Source: an uncultured Pelagibacteraceae bacterium
GTDB taxonomy: Bacteria; Pseudomonadota; Alphaproteobacteria; Pelagibacterales; Pelagibacteraceae
Reading direction: 5' to 3'
Assembly: GCA_902565385.1 (NCBI GenBank)
Contig: CACFEW010000001.1
Span: 64,361-128,360, forward strand
Length of the DNA stretch: 64,000 nucleotides
Below the pieces are notes generated by a model that saw only the letters and a list, made by a program, of their open reading frames with translations, had not been told where the DNA came from and did not search any database. The position numbers and the translations under genes were made by a program. Below, one piece after another: positions 51,327 to 60,955 of this stretch; position 1 is the stretch's first letter, and each line of letters opens with the position of its first letter.

Positions 51327-52772
51327 TTATCTATCTGTTTTATATTTTTGCTCTAAATTATAGCTATATTTACTCATTGCATAACAAATAATCCAGAAAA
51401 TTATTGCTGCAAAAACATAACCTTCCATTGCAAAACCTAACCATTTTGGATTAGTTTTTGCTAAATTTAACATTCCAACTATTTCTAGGAGTCCTACAAC
51501 AAATATTAAAGGAGTATCTTTAACTAAAGCTAAAAATGTATTAGCGATTCCGGGAATTACTAATTTTAATGCTTGTGGAAGAATTACAAAAATATGCATT
51601 TTCCAATATCCCATACCTAATGATTTTGCAGCCTCATATTGTCCCCTTGGTAAAGCTTGTAGACCACCACGTATTACTTCTGCAACATAAGCAGCTTCAA
51701 ATAATGAAATCGCAATAATTGCTCTTACTAATTTATCAATAAAGAAATCCTCTGGTAAAAACATCGGAAACATTACTGCTGACATAAATAGAACTGTTAT
51801 TAAAGGGACACCTCTCCAAAATTCAATAAAACCAACAGAGATATATCTAATTAGAGGAAAATTTGATCTTCTACCAAGAGCAAAAGCCATTCCTATTGGA
51901 AAACAGAAAATTAAGCAGAAAAAAGATATTATAAAAGTTAAAGACAATCCACCCCAGGCACCTGTCTCTACCCAATTTAAACCATCTAATTTACCTAGCT
52001 CAACATACTCCTCAAAAAATATAAAATACTTTAAAGTTATATAAAGAGCTAAAGGTACAATTAAAAAATAATAGAATTTATATTTAGCGGGTATAAAGAA
52101 CCCTAAAATAATAGATAAAATAGCTGCAATAATCCCATATGAAAAATCAAAAAATACGGGACCACCGGATATAAAGAAAAAGATAAATAAGAATGCAATC
52201 AGAGGATAAATAACAACATAGTAAAGTGTTAAATACTTCTTAAATCTGTCAGTTGCAAAATAACCAACTGAACCCATCAATACTAAGGCTATAAATGACA
52301 AATTTATTCTCCATTGCTCAGCATTGGGGTACATCCCATACATAAATCTTCTCATCCAAACTTTAATATATGTCCAACAAGCTCCTGAACCAGTGCAAAC
52401 ATCTTTGGTATCACCGGCAAAACTAGCATCTATTACAAACCAACTAAGAATAGGTGGAAGAGATTTGATAATAACAAATATAATTAGCAATGACAAAACT
52501 GCATTAAAATTGTTGGTATTTATATGTTTATTTAAAAGATCTAATTGTTTTATTCCGCTAAATTCTATCCTTATGAAATAAAGTCCAATAAAACCTAATA
52601 TTAGTGGAAATAAAAAACTTAAAAAACCAGGTAAAAAACCGGTTATATTCAAACTAAAAAATGAATTAATAAAAACATCTAATACACTAATTAAAAATAA
52701 AAAAGAACCTAAGTATAAGAAAGTATTTAAATTATTTTTATCAGGTTTTAAAAAATTTATTTTTGACATCAT
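51327..52772 (-). CDS. aapM: general L-amino acid ABC transporter permease (AapM/BztC/YhdY), long form
   Basis: [31 protein letters not shown]. Confidence 0.88.
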   Translation of the reverse strand: MMSKINFLKPDKNNLNTFLYLGSFLFLISVLDVFINSFFSLNITGFLPGFLSFLFPLILGFIGLYFIRIEFSGIKQLDLLNKHINTNNFNAVLSLLIIFVIIKSLPPILSWFVIDASFAGDTKDVCTGSGACWTYIKVWMRRFMYGMYPNAEQWRINLSFIALVLMGSVGYFATDRFKKYLTLYYVVIYPLIAFLFIFFFISGGPVFFDFSYGIIAAILSIILGFFIPAKYKFYYFLIVPLALYITLKYFIFFEEYVELGKLDGLNWVETGAWGGLSLTFIISFFCLIFCFPIGMAFALGRRSNFPLIRYISVGFIEFWRGVPLITVLFMSAVMFPMFLPEDFFIDKLVRAIIAISLFEAAYVAEVIRGGLQALPRGQYEAAKSLGMGYWKMHIFVILPQALKLVIPGIANTFLALVKDTPLIFVVGLLEIVGMLNLAKTNPKWLGFAMEGYVFAAIIFWIICYAMSKYSYNLEQKYKTDR

Positions 52773-53920
52773 TTTTCCTGTATTGCAATTTTTTTGTTAT
52801 ACCAATTCATTAAAAGTGAAATTGAAATACTTAAAGTTAAATAGGTAAACATAGTTATTGAAACTATTTCAATAGCCTTCCCAGTTTGCATTAAAGCAGT
52901 CCCCGCAAACACTAAAACCAAATCTGGATAAGCGATAGCTGCTGCCAATGAAGAGTTTTTTGTTAAATTTAAATATTGGTTTGTTGTTGGTGGAATTATT
53001 ATTCTTAAAGCTTGAGGCATAATTACAAGTTTAAGCACCTGATTTGGAGTTAATCCTATAGATGCCGCAGCCTCTTTTTGTCCTTTACCCACACCTTGAA
53101 TTCCTGCTCTTACACACTCTGCAATAAAAGTAGCTGTGTACAGAGATAAAGATAAAGTAAGGGCAATTAATTCTGGAGGTAAACTTACTCCGCCCTCATA
53201 TATGAAAGAAGTTGTCGCTAATTGTTTTAAAACGGGAACTTCAAATGAAATACCTACTCCACCAATTAAAAAACTTAAAAGAGGTAAAATAAATATTAAT
53301 CCTATTGATATAAAAAATACTGGTATTTGTTTTCCTTGATTTTCTTGAACTCTCTTAGCATGAATACGAATAACAATTATTGCAATTATTGCTGCGACTA
53401 TTGAATAAAAGAAAACACTAAAATTTTGCCAAATAAAAGCTGGAACATAAAGACCTTTAATGGTTAAGAAAAAAACACCAAAAATTGCTTCTGCATCTTG
53501 TGGAAGCGGTAAAGCTCTTAGTGCAGCAAAATACCAAAAAAATATTTGAAGCAGTAATGGAATATTTCTAAAAAACTCAACATAAAAGGCTGCGAATTTA
53601 TTTATTAAGTAATTAGGAGATAACCTTGCTACACCAACTATTACACCAAGAATAGTTGCAATTATAATCCCAATAACTGAAACAAGAATTGTATTTAATA
53701 ACCCGACTAAATAAGCTCTAAAATACGAATGTGAGCCATCGTATTCTATTAATGAAAATTGTACATCGAAAGAGGACTCTTGTGATAAAAACCCATAACC
53801 AAAATCAATCCCTCTATTTTCCATATTAATCTGAGCGTTATAAGTAAAAAAACCAAAGACTAATACGACAGCAGTAACTGTTATTAATTGTGGAACAATA
53901 TCTTTAAGTTTAAAATTCAC
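52769..53920 (-). CDS. aapQ: general L-amino acid ABC transporter permease (AapQ/BztB/YhdX)
   Basis: GLLNT, FRNIPLLLQ, NLTKNSSLA; GTG start. Confidence 0.9.
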   Translation of the reverse strand: MNFKLKDIVPQLITVTAVVLVFGFFTYNAQINMENRGIDFGYGFLSQESSFDVQFSLIEYDGSHSYFRAYLVGLLNTILVSVIGIIIATILGVIVGVARLSPNYLINKFAAFYVEFFRNIPLLLQIFFWYFAALRALPLPQDAEAIFGVFFLTIKGLYVPAFIWQNFSVFFYSIVAAIIAIIVIRIHAKRVQENQGKQIPVFFISIGLIFILPLLSFLIGGVGISFEVPVLKQLATTSFIYEGGVSLPPELIALTLSLSLYTATFIAECVRAGIQGVGKGQKEAAASIGLTPNQVLKLVIMPQALRIIIPPTTNQYLNLTKNSSLAAAIAYPDLVLVFAGTALMQTGKAIEIVSITMFTYLTLSISISLLMNWYNKKIAIQEK

Positions 53921-53944
53921 GATGGGAATAATATAGAAGCTTAT

Positions 53945-53976
53945 AAAAAAAGGGCTAGAAAAATCTAGCCCTTTTT
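53945..53976 (-). terminator. intrinsic terminator/stabilising hairpin after aapJ
   Basis: GGGCTAGA-TTTT-TCTAGCCC flanked by A/T runs. Confidence 0.88.
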
Positions 53977-53994
53977 AATCATTTAAATATGCAA

Positions 53995-55035
53995 TTATCT
54001 TGCAGGTGGTACGTAAAGAATTCCACCCTTAGTCCATAATTCATTTGGACCTCTATCAGGTAAAATTCCAGTGTCAGCTATATTTCTTTTATAGCTTTCA
54101 CCATAATTTCCAACTTGCTTAATAATTCTTAAGCTCCAGTCATTATCTAGACCAAAAGCAGCACCTAATTCACCTTCTGCACCAACTAATCTTTTAATAG
54201 CTGGATTATCAGAAGTTTTCATCATATCTGCGTTTGCTGATGTAATACCGTATTCCTCTGCTTCGATCATAGTATTTAATGACCATCTTACGATATCTTC
54301 CCACACAGAATCACCTTGTCTCACAACAGGACCTAACGGCTCTTTTGAAACAGTTTCAGGTAACACAATGTGTTCATCTGGGTTAGACATTTTTGTTCTC
54401 TGTGCAGCAAGACCAGATTTATCAGTAGTATAAGTATCACATCTACCTGCATCATAAGCAGCTACAACTTCATCAGCTTTTTCAAAAGCAACTGGCTCAT
54501 ATTTGATCCCTTTAGAATTAAAGAAGTCTCTCATATTTAACTCAGTTGTTGTACCAATGTTAGTACAAGCTGAGATACCATCTTTGAATTGGCTTGTTGA
54601 AGTAATACCAGAACTTTTTCTGACCATAAATCCTTGGCCATCGTAGAAATTTACTCCTACGAATGTAAGTCCGATATCAGCATCTCTAGAAAGAGTCCAA
54701 GTTGTGTTTCTTGATAAGATATCAATCTCACCTGAAGTTAAAGCTGTAAACCTTTCTTTAGCACTTAATGGTGTAAACTTAACTTTGTTTGCATCACCTA
54801 GCACCGCAGCAGCTACTGCTCTACATACATCAACGTCAATACCAGTCCAATTTCCTGCAGCATCAGCGTTAGAAAATCCTGGAAGACCTTGAGATACTCC
54901 ACATCTTACAAAACCCTTCTTTTGAGTGTTTTTAAGTGTTTTAGATTTTTTAGCAGCCATAGACTCTGTTGTAAAAGTGAACAACACAGCTACCATAGCA
55001 ACTAAAGAAGTTAATTGTTTTAAGTATTTAAACAT
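53995..55035 (-). CDS. aapJ: general L-amino acid ABC transporter substrate-binding protein (AapJ/BztA/YhdW)
   Basis: RCGVSQGLPGFS, SRNTTWTLSRD, YDGQGF, SKEPLGP, VGNYGE. Confidence 0.92.
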   Translation of the reverse strand: MFKYLKQLTSLVAMVAVLFTFTTESMAAKKSKTLKNTQKKGFVRCGVSQGLPGFSNADAAGNWTGIDVDVCRAVAAAVLGDANKVKFTPLSAKERFTALTSGEIDILSRNTTWTLSRDADIGLTFVGVNFYDGQGFMVRKSSGITSTSQFKDGISACTNIGTTTELNMRDFFNSKGIKYEPVAFEKADEVVAAYDAGRCDTYTTDKSGLAAQRTKMSNPDEHIVLPETVSKEPLGPVVRQGDSVWEDIVRWSLNTMIEAEEYGITSANADMMKTSDNPAIKRLVGAEGELGAAFGLDNDWSLRIIKQVGNYGESYKRNIADTGILPDRGPNELWTKGGILYVPPAR

Positions 55036-55209
55036 ATTTCTTCCTATTGTTTATTTATTTGTTAACAAATAATTCAAAATTACTTTTGAATATTTATAAT
55101 TTAAGCATGTTAAAAAAAACTCTTCAAGAGTTTTTTAATAGGTTTTTTGACAAAGTGAGATTCTAGTCAAGATAATAATTATATAAAAATTACAGTGAAT
55201 ATTGATGTC

Positions 55210-55286
55210 TGGCGCGCCCTGAAGGATTCGAACCTACGACCCTCGGTTTAGAAAACCGATGCTCTATCCAGCTGAGCTAAGGGCGC
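55210..55286 (-). tRNA. tRNA-Arg(TCT)
   Basis: Reverse complement GCGCCCTTAGCTCAGCTGGATAGAGCATCGGTTTTCTAAACCGAGGGTCGTAGGTTCGAATCCTTCAGGGCGCGCCA, 77 nt. Confidence 0.96.
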
Positions 55287-55318
55287 ATCAAGATTAATCA
55301 TAGATATACAATAATAAA

Positions 55319-56725
55319 TTAATTTTTAAAAAGGAATTTTTTTATTAAAAGTAAAATTGTTAATAACTCAATTCTGCCAACGATCATAAAGAAAATAAGA
55401 CAATATTTGCTGAATAATTGAAGATTATAAAAATCAAATTCATTTAAACCATAGATTGAGGAGTTGACAGTATTCATCAAAGTTAAAATTGACAACTTAA
55501 ATGAGTTAATAAAAGTTATTCCACTTAAACTTAACAACGATACTAGTATAAATAAAGACATAATAAATATTATAATTGTTAAAAAATATTTATTTATTTC
55601 ATCAAGATTAAAATTTATTTTTGTGAAAATTAACCTATTCATAAAAACATTTTTAGGTCTGCTAAAAGATAAAATTTGATTCAGCGAAAACTTAAAGAGT
55701 GAATAAATTTTTATAAATCTTAAACCAGAACTTGTTGAAAAAAAAGATCCACCTATAATAACCAAAATAAGATATATAAAGTTTAAATTTTCTTGGCCTG
55801 GACTTAATGAAAAGCCAATATTTGTCATACTGCTAACAATTGCAAAAAGATTTGTTAAAAAATCATTATTAAAACTAAAAAAAAGAAAAAAAATAGTTAT
55901 TACAATAGCTAAATAAACAAACAAGTGCAGATCTTCATAAAAAAAATTGATATTTTTTTTTCTTAAAAAGATCAAATTATATGAAAAAAAAAGACTAAAA
56001 AAAGAGATAAGCATTAAAAATGAAAATGTAATTATTTGGATGTCTTCTTTAATTATTGTTGATAATTCGTTAACAGGTAAAAAGCCACCTGAAGAAATTA
56101 TAGTTAAAGATAAGTTTAATGAGTCAAAAGTTCTTATCGAAAAAATATTCAATATTATAAATATCAATATTGTTAATGATGAATACAAAATAAAAATTTT
56201 GGCTGCTTGCTTCAAAATTTCTGAACTATTAAAGGATATAAAATTTGTCAAAGTTTTTTTAAAACTATCGTCATAAATATCAATTAAATAAATTATAGAA
56301 AATAAGAAATAAAGACCACCTATCCATTGAATTGACGATCTCCAGATAATCAAACTTTGATCAATAAGTTTTATATTATCAAATACTGTAAAACCTGTAG
56401 AAGTAAATCCTGAAATTGACTCAAAAAAAGAGTTAGAGAAAGTTAGATTGTAAATACTGAAATAAAATGGAATTGATAATATTAAAGGTATCAATAGATA
56501 ACCTAAAAATATGGTTAATATTTTCTGAAAAATATTTGATTTAATATTGTAATTTCCAAATTTAAATAGAGCTATAAATAAAATGAATGATGTTACTAGA
56601 GTATAATAATAAGTATCTAAATTTAGATATAAATTGAAATAGTAAGAATAAAGAATGTTAAAAAAAGAAAGTATTGAAACAATACCAAAAAAAAAACTTA
56701 AATATTTGATCTGTAATTTAAACAT
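55319..56725 (-). CDS. trkH: TrkH family potassium uptake protein (divergent)
   Basis: FFESISGFTSTG, WRSSIQWIGGL, STSSGLR, MIVGRIE. Confidence 0.88.
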   Translation of the reverse strand: MFKLQIKYLSFFFGIVSILSFFNILYSYYFNLYLNLDTYYYTLVTSFILFIALFKFGNYNIKSNIFQKILTIFLGYLLIPLILSIPFYFSIYNLTFSNSFFESISGFTSTGFTVFDNIKLIDQSLIIWRSSIQWIGGLYFLFSIIYLIDIYDDSFKKTLTNFISFNSSEILKQAAKIFILYSSLTILIFIILNIFSIRTFDSLNLSLTIISSGGFLPVNELSTIIKEDIQIITFSFLMLISFFSLFFSYNLIFLRKKNINFFYEDLHLFVYLAIVITIFFLFFSFNNDFLTNLFAIVSSMTNIGFSLSPGQENLNFIYLILVIIGGSFFSTSSGLRFIKIYSLFKFSLNQILSFSRPKNVFMNRLIFTKINFNLDEINKYFLTIIIFIMSLFILVSLLSLSGITFINSFKLSILTLMNTVNSSIYGLNEFDFYNLQLFSKYCLIFFMIVGRIELLTILLLIKKFLFKN

Positions 56726-56729
56726 CTTA

Positions 56730-58469
56730 TTAAACAGAGCTAAGTCTAAAAAGATCTTCTACAACTCCGACTGTTTCTTTTTTTACAATTAAAACAACCT
56801 GATCATCTTTTTGAAAAATAAAGTCAGATTTTGGAATTATTACTTTTTTGTTCCTTAAGACAGCTCCAATTCTTATTTCCTCTGGCAAATTTGAATTCTT
56901 TAATTCTTTATTAATAAGTTCTGAAGACTCAATTATCTCTGCCTCTATTACCTCGTATTCACCATTGGATATTGTATAAGCGTTTTCAATTGTTCCTTTG
57001 TGGATATGTTTTAAAATACTTGAAACTGTATTCATTCTAGGATCAATCAGATCATCAATTTTTAATGATGACTGTAAAAGAGAATAGTTAGGTTTGTTAA
57101 TTAAAGCCATTGTTCTTTTATCCTCAATATCTTTTTGGTCTTTAGCAAATTTTTCAACAAGAACACTAACCATTAAGTTATCCTCATCATCATTAGTAAG
57201 TGCTAAAACAGTTTCTGCTTCATCTAAATTTGCCTCAGATAAAACTTCTTCATCTAATCCATTTCCATTTATCACAATCGTATTATTCAATTCATTAGCG
57301 AGAAACTCAGATCGCAATTTGTCTTTTTCTACAATCTTAACTCTCACTCCTTCTAATGTATCTTCAATATTTTTAGCAAGGTTATAACCAATGTTTCCTC
57401 CTCCAATAATCAAAATTTTTTTTGATATTTTTTCGGAATGACCAAATGCCTCTAAAGTTTCTGCCATTTGTGAAGAATTAATTATTACATAAATTTTATC
57501 ATTTTCTCTCACCTCATCAGTTTTTTTTGGAATAAAAGATTTACCCTCTCTAATTATTGCGAATGTATGAACTGAATTTAAGATTCCAGATCTTACTAAA
57601 AAAGTACCACTCATACTTAAGGCAAAAGTTGCAATTGACAGTATCATGGCCCATGACGTTAATATTTTCTTCTTCTCCAAGACTAGTATACAGTGAAGCA
57701 AAGTTGTTAATGCAAACCATGGCATTAAAGATACATTTTCAACAGGATCCCAAAACCAAAAACCTCCCCAGCCTAATTCGTAATATGCCCAAATAGATCC
57801 AAGCAAAATTCCCAGCGTAAGAAAAACCCAAGATGCTAAAACCCATTGTTTAATATGCTTGGCCCATTCTTTTGATACATATGATGTTACCATCGCAGCA
57901 AGAGCTGATGAAAAAATTATCGAAGAACCTACATAACCTAAATATAAAATTGGTGGATGTATTGCTAAAGCAGGATCTTGTAAAATTGGGTTCAAACCTA
58001 AACCCTCATTTGGTGTTGGAAAAATATAATTAAATGGACTTGAAGTTTTAATCAAAAAAATAAAGAAACCCACAATTATTATTTGTTGAAATAATAAAGT
58101 GAAAATTCTGTACTTTTTTGGCTGTTGATTAGATTTAAGTAAAAAAATTGAAATAAACAAAGTCAATACTAGCAACCATAACAATAAACTACCCTCATGA
58201 TTCCCCCAGGTTCCAGAGATTTTATAAAATAATGGTTTAGTCGTATGAGAGTGGTTAAAAACGGTTTCGTTACTAAAATCTGAGTTAATAAAAGAGATTA
58301 TTAATCCAAAAAAACTTATGACCACAAAAAAAAATTGAATAAATGTAAAAGATATTATTTTTTTATCTAAAATTTCAGCATCTCTTAAATTTCTTACTGA
58401 AAAAAAAATAATAAAAACTGAAAAAAGAAGTCCAAAACTTAATGAATAAGAACCTATTAAACTTGCCAA
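56730..58469 (-). CDS. in-frame chimera: CcmF N-terminal ~304 aa fused to the C-terminal half of TrkA
   Basis: Residues 1-304 carry CcmF motifs (WGNHEGS, GLNPILQD, HPP, WGGFWFWDPVEN, SVHTFA); the remainder is TrkA RCK (IIGGGNIG, LTNDDEDN, RIGAVLR). Confidence 0.85.
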   Translation of the reverse strand: MASLIGSYSLSFGLLFSVFIIFFSVRNLRDAEILDKKIISFTFIQFFFVVISFFGLIISFINSDFSNETVFNHSHTTKPLFYKISGTWGNHEGSLLLWLLVLTLFISIFLLKSNQQPKKYRIFTLLFQQIIIVGFFIFLIKTSSPFNYIFPTPNEGLGLNPILQDPALAIHPPILYLGYVGSSIIFSSALAAMVTSYVSKEWAKHIKQWVLASWVFLTLGILLGSIWAYYELGWGGFWFWDPVENVSLMPWFALTTLLHCILVLEKKKILTSWAMILSIATFALSMSGTFLVRSGILNSVHTFAIIREGKSFIPKKTDEVRENDKIYVIINSSQMAETLEAFGHSEKISKKILIIGGGNIGYNLAKNIEDTLEGVRVKIVEKDKLRSEFLANELNNTIVINGNGLDEEVLSEANLDEAETVLALTNDDEDNLMVSVLVEKFAKDQKDIEDKRTMALINKPNYSLLQSSLKIDDLIDPRMNTVSSILKHIHKGTIENAYTISNGEYEVIEAEIIESSELINKELKNSNLPEEIRIGAVLRNKKVIIPKSDFIFQKDDQVVLIVKKETVGVVEDLFRLSSV

Positions 58470-58471
58470 AT

Positions 58472-58891
58472 TTATTTCTCCTCTAATGCAGCCTTAACTT
58501 CTGGTGGCATATAATTTTCGTCATGTTTAGCCAAAATTTTTGTAGCTAAAAAAAAATTTTTATCTTTTAAATATCCTTCAGCTACGACGCCTTTCTCCTC
58601 AGCAAAAAGATTTGGTACAACCCCAGAATAAACAACGTTTATCTCATTTTTAAAATCAGTAACAATAAATTTAATTTCTTTTGAAATTATATTTATAGAG
58701 TCTTTTTTAACCATCCCACCTATTCTAATTTTTTTTTTACCAATTTCACTCAAAGTTTTAATTTCTGTCGGAGATTTAAAAAAGATAACGTTTTCCTCTA
58801 AAGACTTAATTAATAAAAAAACTGATAATGCTAAAGTTGCTAATATTAATAATACGAAAAAAAATCTTAATTTAACTTTTCGCCCATACAT
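58472..58891 (-). CDS. ccmE: cytochrome c maturation heme chaperone
   Basis: [18 protein letters not shown]. Confidence 0.96.
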   Translation of the reverse strand: MYGRKVKLRFFFVLLILATLALSVFLLIKSLEENVIFFKSPTEIKTLSEIGKKKIRIGGMVKKDSINIISKEIKFIVTDFKNEINVVYSGVVPNLFAEEKGVVAEGYLKDKNFFLATKILAKHDENYMPPEVKAALEEK

Positions 58892-58901
58892 GTTTCAAAA
58901 G

Positions 58902-59129
58902 TTAAATGCTTGAAGTATTTGATAAAATTTCTTTATTAATACTTTGAGATTTTGCAAAAGTCGCTTTCTCAGGATTTAAAGATCCAAATTTTGCTATAAA
59001 TTTATTTTTTTCTTTGTTGTATTGAATTTTAATTACTAAAAAAAGTGTCAAAAAACTTACTAAAGTAAATAAAAATGCCGACCAAACATATAATCCATAT
59101 CCATTCATAAAAAATAAATTTTCAATCAT
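58902..59129 (-). CDS. ccmD: heme exporter protein D
   Basis: MNGYGLYVWSAF, single TM; between ccmC and ccmE. Confidence 0.88.
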   Translation of the reverse strand: MIENLFFMNGYGLYVWSAFLFTLVSFLTLFLVIKIQYNKEKNKFIAKFGSLNPEKATFAKSQSINKEILSNTSSI

Positions 59130-59833
59130 AATCTATCTAACCCTTTATTCTTAATTTTTATCAGTTCTGTATTATATTTCATTAAAAAAATCAGTAGAGA
59201 AAATAGGGCAAATGCCGCAGTCATTGTCATTAAAGGAAATAGCATTGATATATGAATTGACGACTTCGAGAGTATGTTGATTGAAGCTGGTTGATGCAAT
59301 GTATTCCACCAGTCTACTGAATACTTAATTATTGGAACATTTATTATTCCTAAAATTGTAATGATTGACGTGACTTTAAATACTTTGTCATTATCTTCAA
59401 ATATTCTCCATGCAACAAGATACATTGTGTAAAACAGTGCTAGTATTAGCATTGAAGTTATTCTTGCGTCCCAAGCCCACCATGTTCCCCATGTGGGTTT
59501 GCCCCAGATAGAACCAGTAACAAGAGCTATTATATTAAATACCAACCCGGAGGGTGCCAAACTTTTTGCGATTAAAAAAAAATTTCTTATTTTAAAAATG
59601 TATCCAACTATAGATAAAAAAGTAATAACTGAAAAAATTCCAAGCGAAATCCAAGCTGCCGGAACATGAACATACATAATTCTGACAGAGTGGCTCTGCT
59701 TATAATCCTCAGGGGATAATATTAATGCCTCAGTTAATCCTATCGAAAAAATTACAATAAATAAAAATAATACATACTTAGGAGCTTTTGATGTTATCGA
59801 AAAAATCTTATTTGGCTCAAAATATTTAAACAT
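59126..59833 (-). CDS. ccmC: heme exporter protein C
   Basis: YVHVP, WGKPTWGTWWAWDAR, WWNTLHQ. Confidence 0.96.
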   Translation of the reverse strand: MFKYFEPNKIFSITSKAPKYVLFLFIVIFSIGLTEALILSPEDYKQSHSVRIMYVHVPAAWISLGIFSVITFLSIVGYIFKIRNFFLIAKSLAPSGLVFNIIALVTGSIWGKPTWGTWWAWDARITSMLILALFYTMYLVAWRIFEDNDKVFKVTSIITILGIINVPIIKYSVDWWNTLHQPASINILSKSSIHISMLFPLMTMTAAFALFSLLIFLMKYNTELIKIKNKGLDRL

Positions 59834-59855
59834 ACACAAGATTATATTTATTATG

Positions 59856-59929
59856 AAAAAACTGCCTGATCAAGAATGCCAGAGGGAGATAATAACGAAG
59901 GGTAAATAAGTAGCACCCTTGATCAGTAT
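59856..59929 (-). ncRNA. candidate structured RNA (sRNA or ccmC leader)
   Basis: 16-bp stem CUGAUCAAGGGUGCUA/UGGCAUUCUUGAUCAG with 3 G-U pairs possible only on the minus strand; 29-nt pyrimidine-rich loop; U6 tract four nt after the stem. Confidence 0.5.
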
Positions 59930-59994
59930 TGAGCCCATAAAAGCAGATTGCTGTGTCAAAGGTTTGAGCTAAATGTGTTAAAAAAATGATCTAT

Positions 59995-60315
59995 TTAATT
60001 AGATAGCTTGAAATAGCTAGATCCTTTTTTTCCAGTGAAAATTTCCTCAATTAAAGGATGTTTTATTGGTTCATCTGAGTCATCAACTAAAAGGTTTTGT
60101 TCAGAAACGTATGCCTCGTATGTGATTTCATCATTTTCAGCTAACAGATGATAAAAAGGCTGATCTTTTCTTGGTCTTACATTTTTCGGTATCGATTGAT
60201 ACCATTCTTCTGAATTATTAAATTCAAAATCAACATCATAAATTACACCTCTAAAGTCGAAGTGTTTATGTTTCACTATATCTCCAATTGAAAATTTAGC
60301 TTTTTGAATTGCCAT
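59995..60315 (-). CDS. hspQ: heat shock protein HspQ (YccV-like)
   Basis: KFSIGDIVKH, RGVIYDVD, QPFYHLLAE, AYVSEQNL. Confidence 0.93.
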   Translation of the reverse strand: MAIQKAKFSIGDIVKHKHFDFRGVIYDVDFEFNNSEEWYQSIPKNVRPRKDQPFYHLLAENDEITYEAYVSEQNLLVDDSDEPIKHPLIEEIFTGKKGSSYFKLSN

Positions 60316-60397
60316 TATATTTAGTATGGGTATTTAAAAACAAAAATCAATAAGAAAAATTAAAAGTTTTTAGTAGAATATTATTTATGTTAATATC

Positions 60398-60955
60398 TTG
60401 CTTGTGAACAAATCTTTTTTAAAGTTTTTAACAGATTTTGGGCCTCTAGTAATTTTTTTTTACTACTACTACGATAGTGGAAAAAACTTAAAAATTGCAA
60501 TTCCCCCTTTTATTATTGCGACAATAATTGCATTAGCTATTGTTTGGCTTTTAGAAAAAAAAATACCAAAGATTCCTTTGTTAAGTGGAGTTTTAATCAC
60601 TTTATTTGGGGGCTTAACAATTTACTTTGATAATCCAGTTTTTATTTATGTCAAACCAACAATTATAAATATTCTCTTTGCATTCGCTCTAATATTTGGA
60701 AGGTACTTCACAAATGAACCTGTTTTAAAAAAATTGATGGGTAACTCTGTCTCACTTACTGATGAAGGATGGGAAATATTAAATAAAAGATGGATATATT
60801 TCTTTTTTGGTCTTGCAATACTTAATGAATTAGTTTGGCGAACACAATCTGAGGAATTTTGGGTAAATTTTAAAGTGTGGGGACTATTACCAATTACATT
60901 TATATTTACTGCTTTTCAAATAGGTTTAATAAATAAGCATAAAACAAATGAATAA
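60398..60955 (+). CDS. yciB: inner membrane septation protein YciB/IspZ
   Basis: DFGPLVIF, FGGLT, KPTI, WVNFKVWG. Confidence 0.92.
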   Translation: MLVNKSFLKFLTDFGPLVIFFYYYYDSGKNLKIAIPPFIIATIIALAIVWLLEKKIPKIPLLSGVLITLFGGLTIYFDNPVFIYVKPTIINILFAFALIFGRYFTNEPVLKKLMGNSVSLTDEGWEILNKRWIYFFFGLAILNELVWRTQSEEFWVNFKVWGLLPITFIFTAFQIGLINKHKTNE

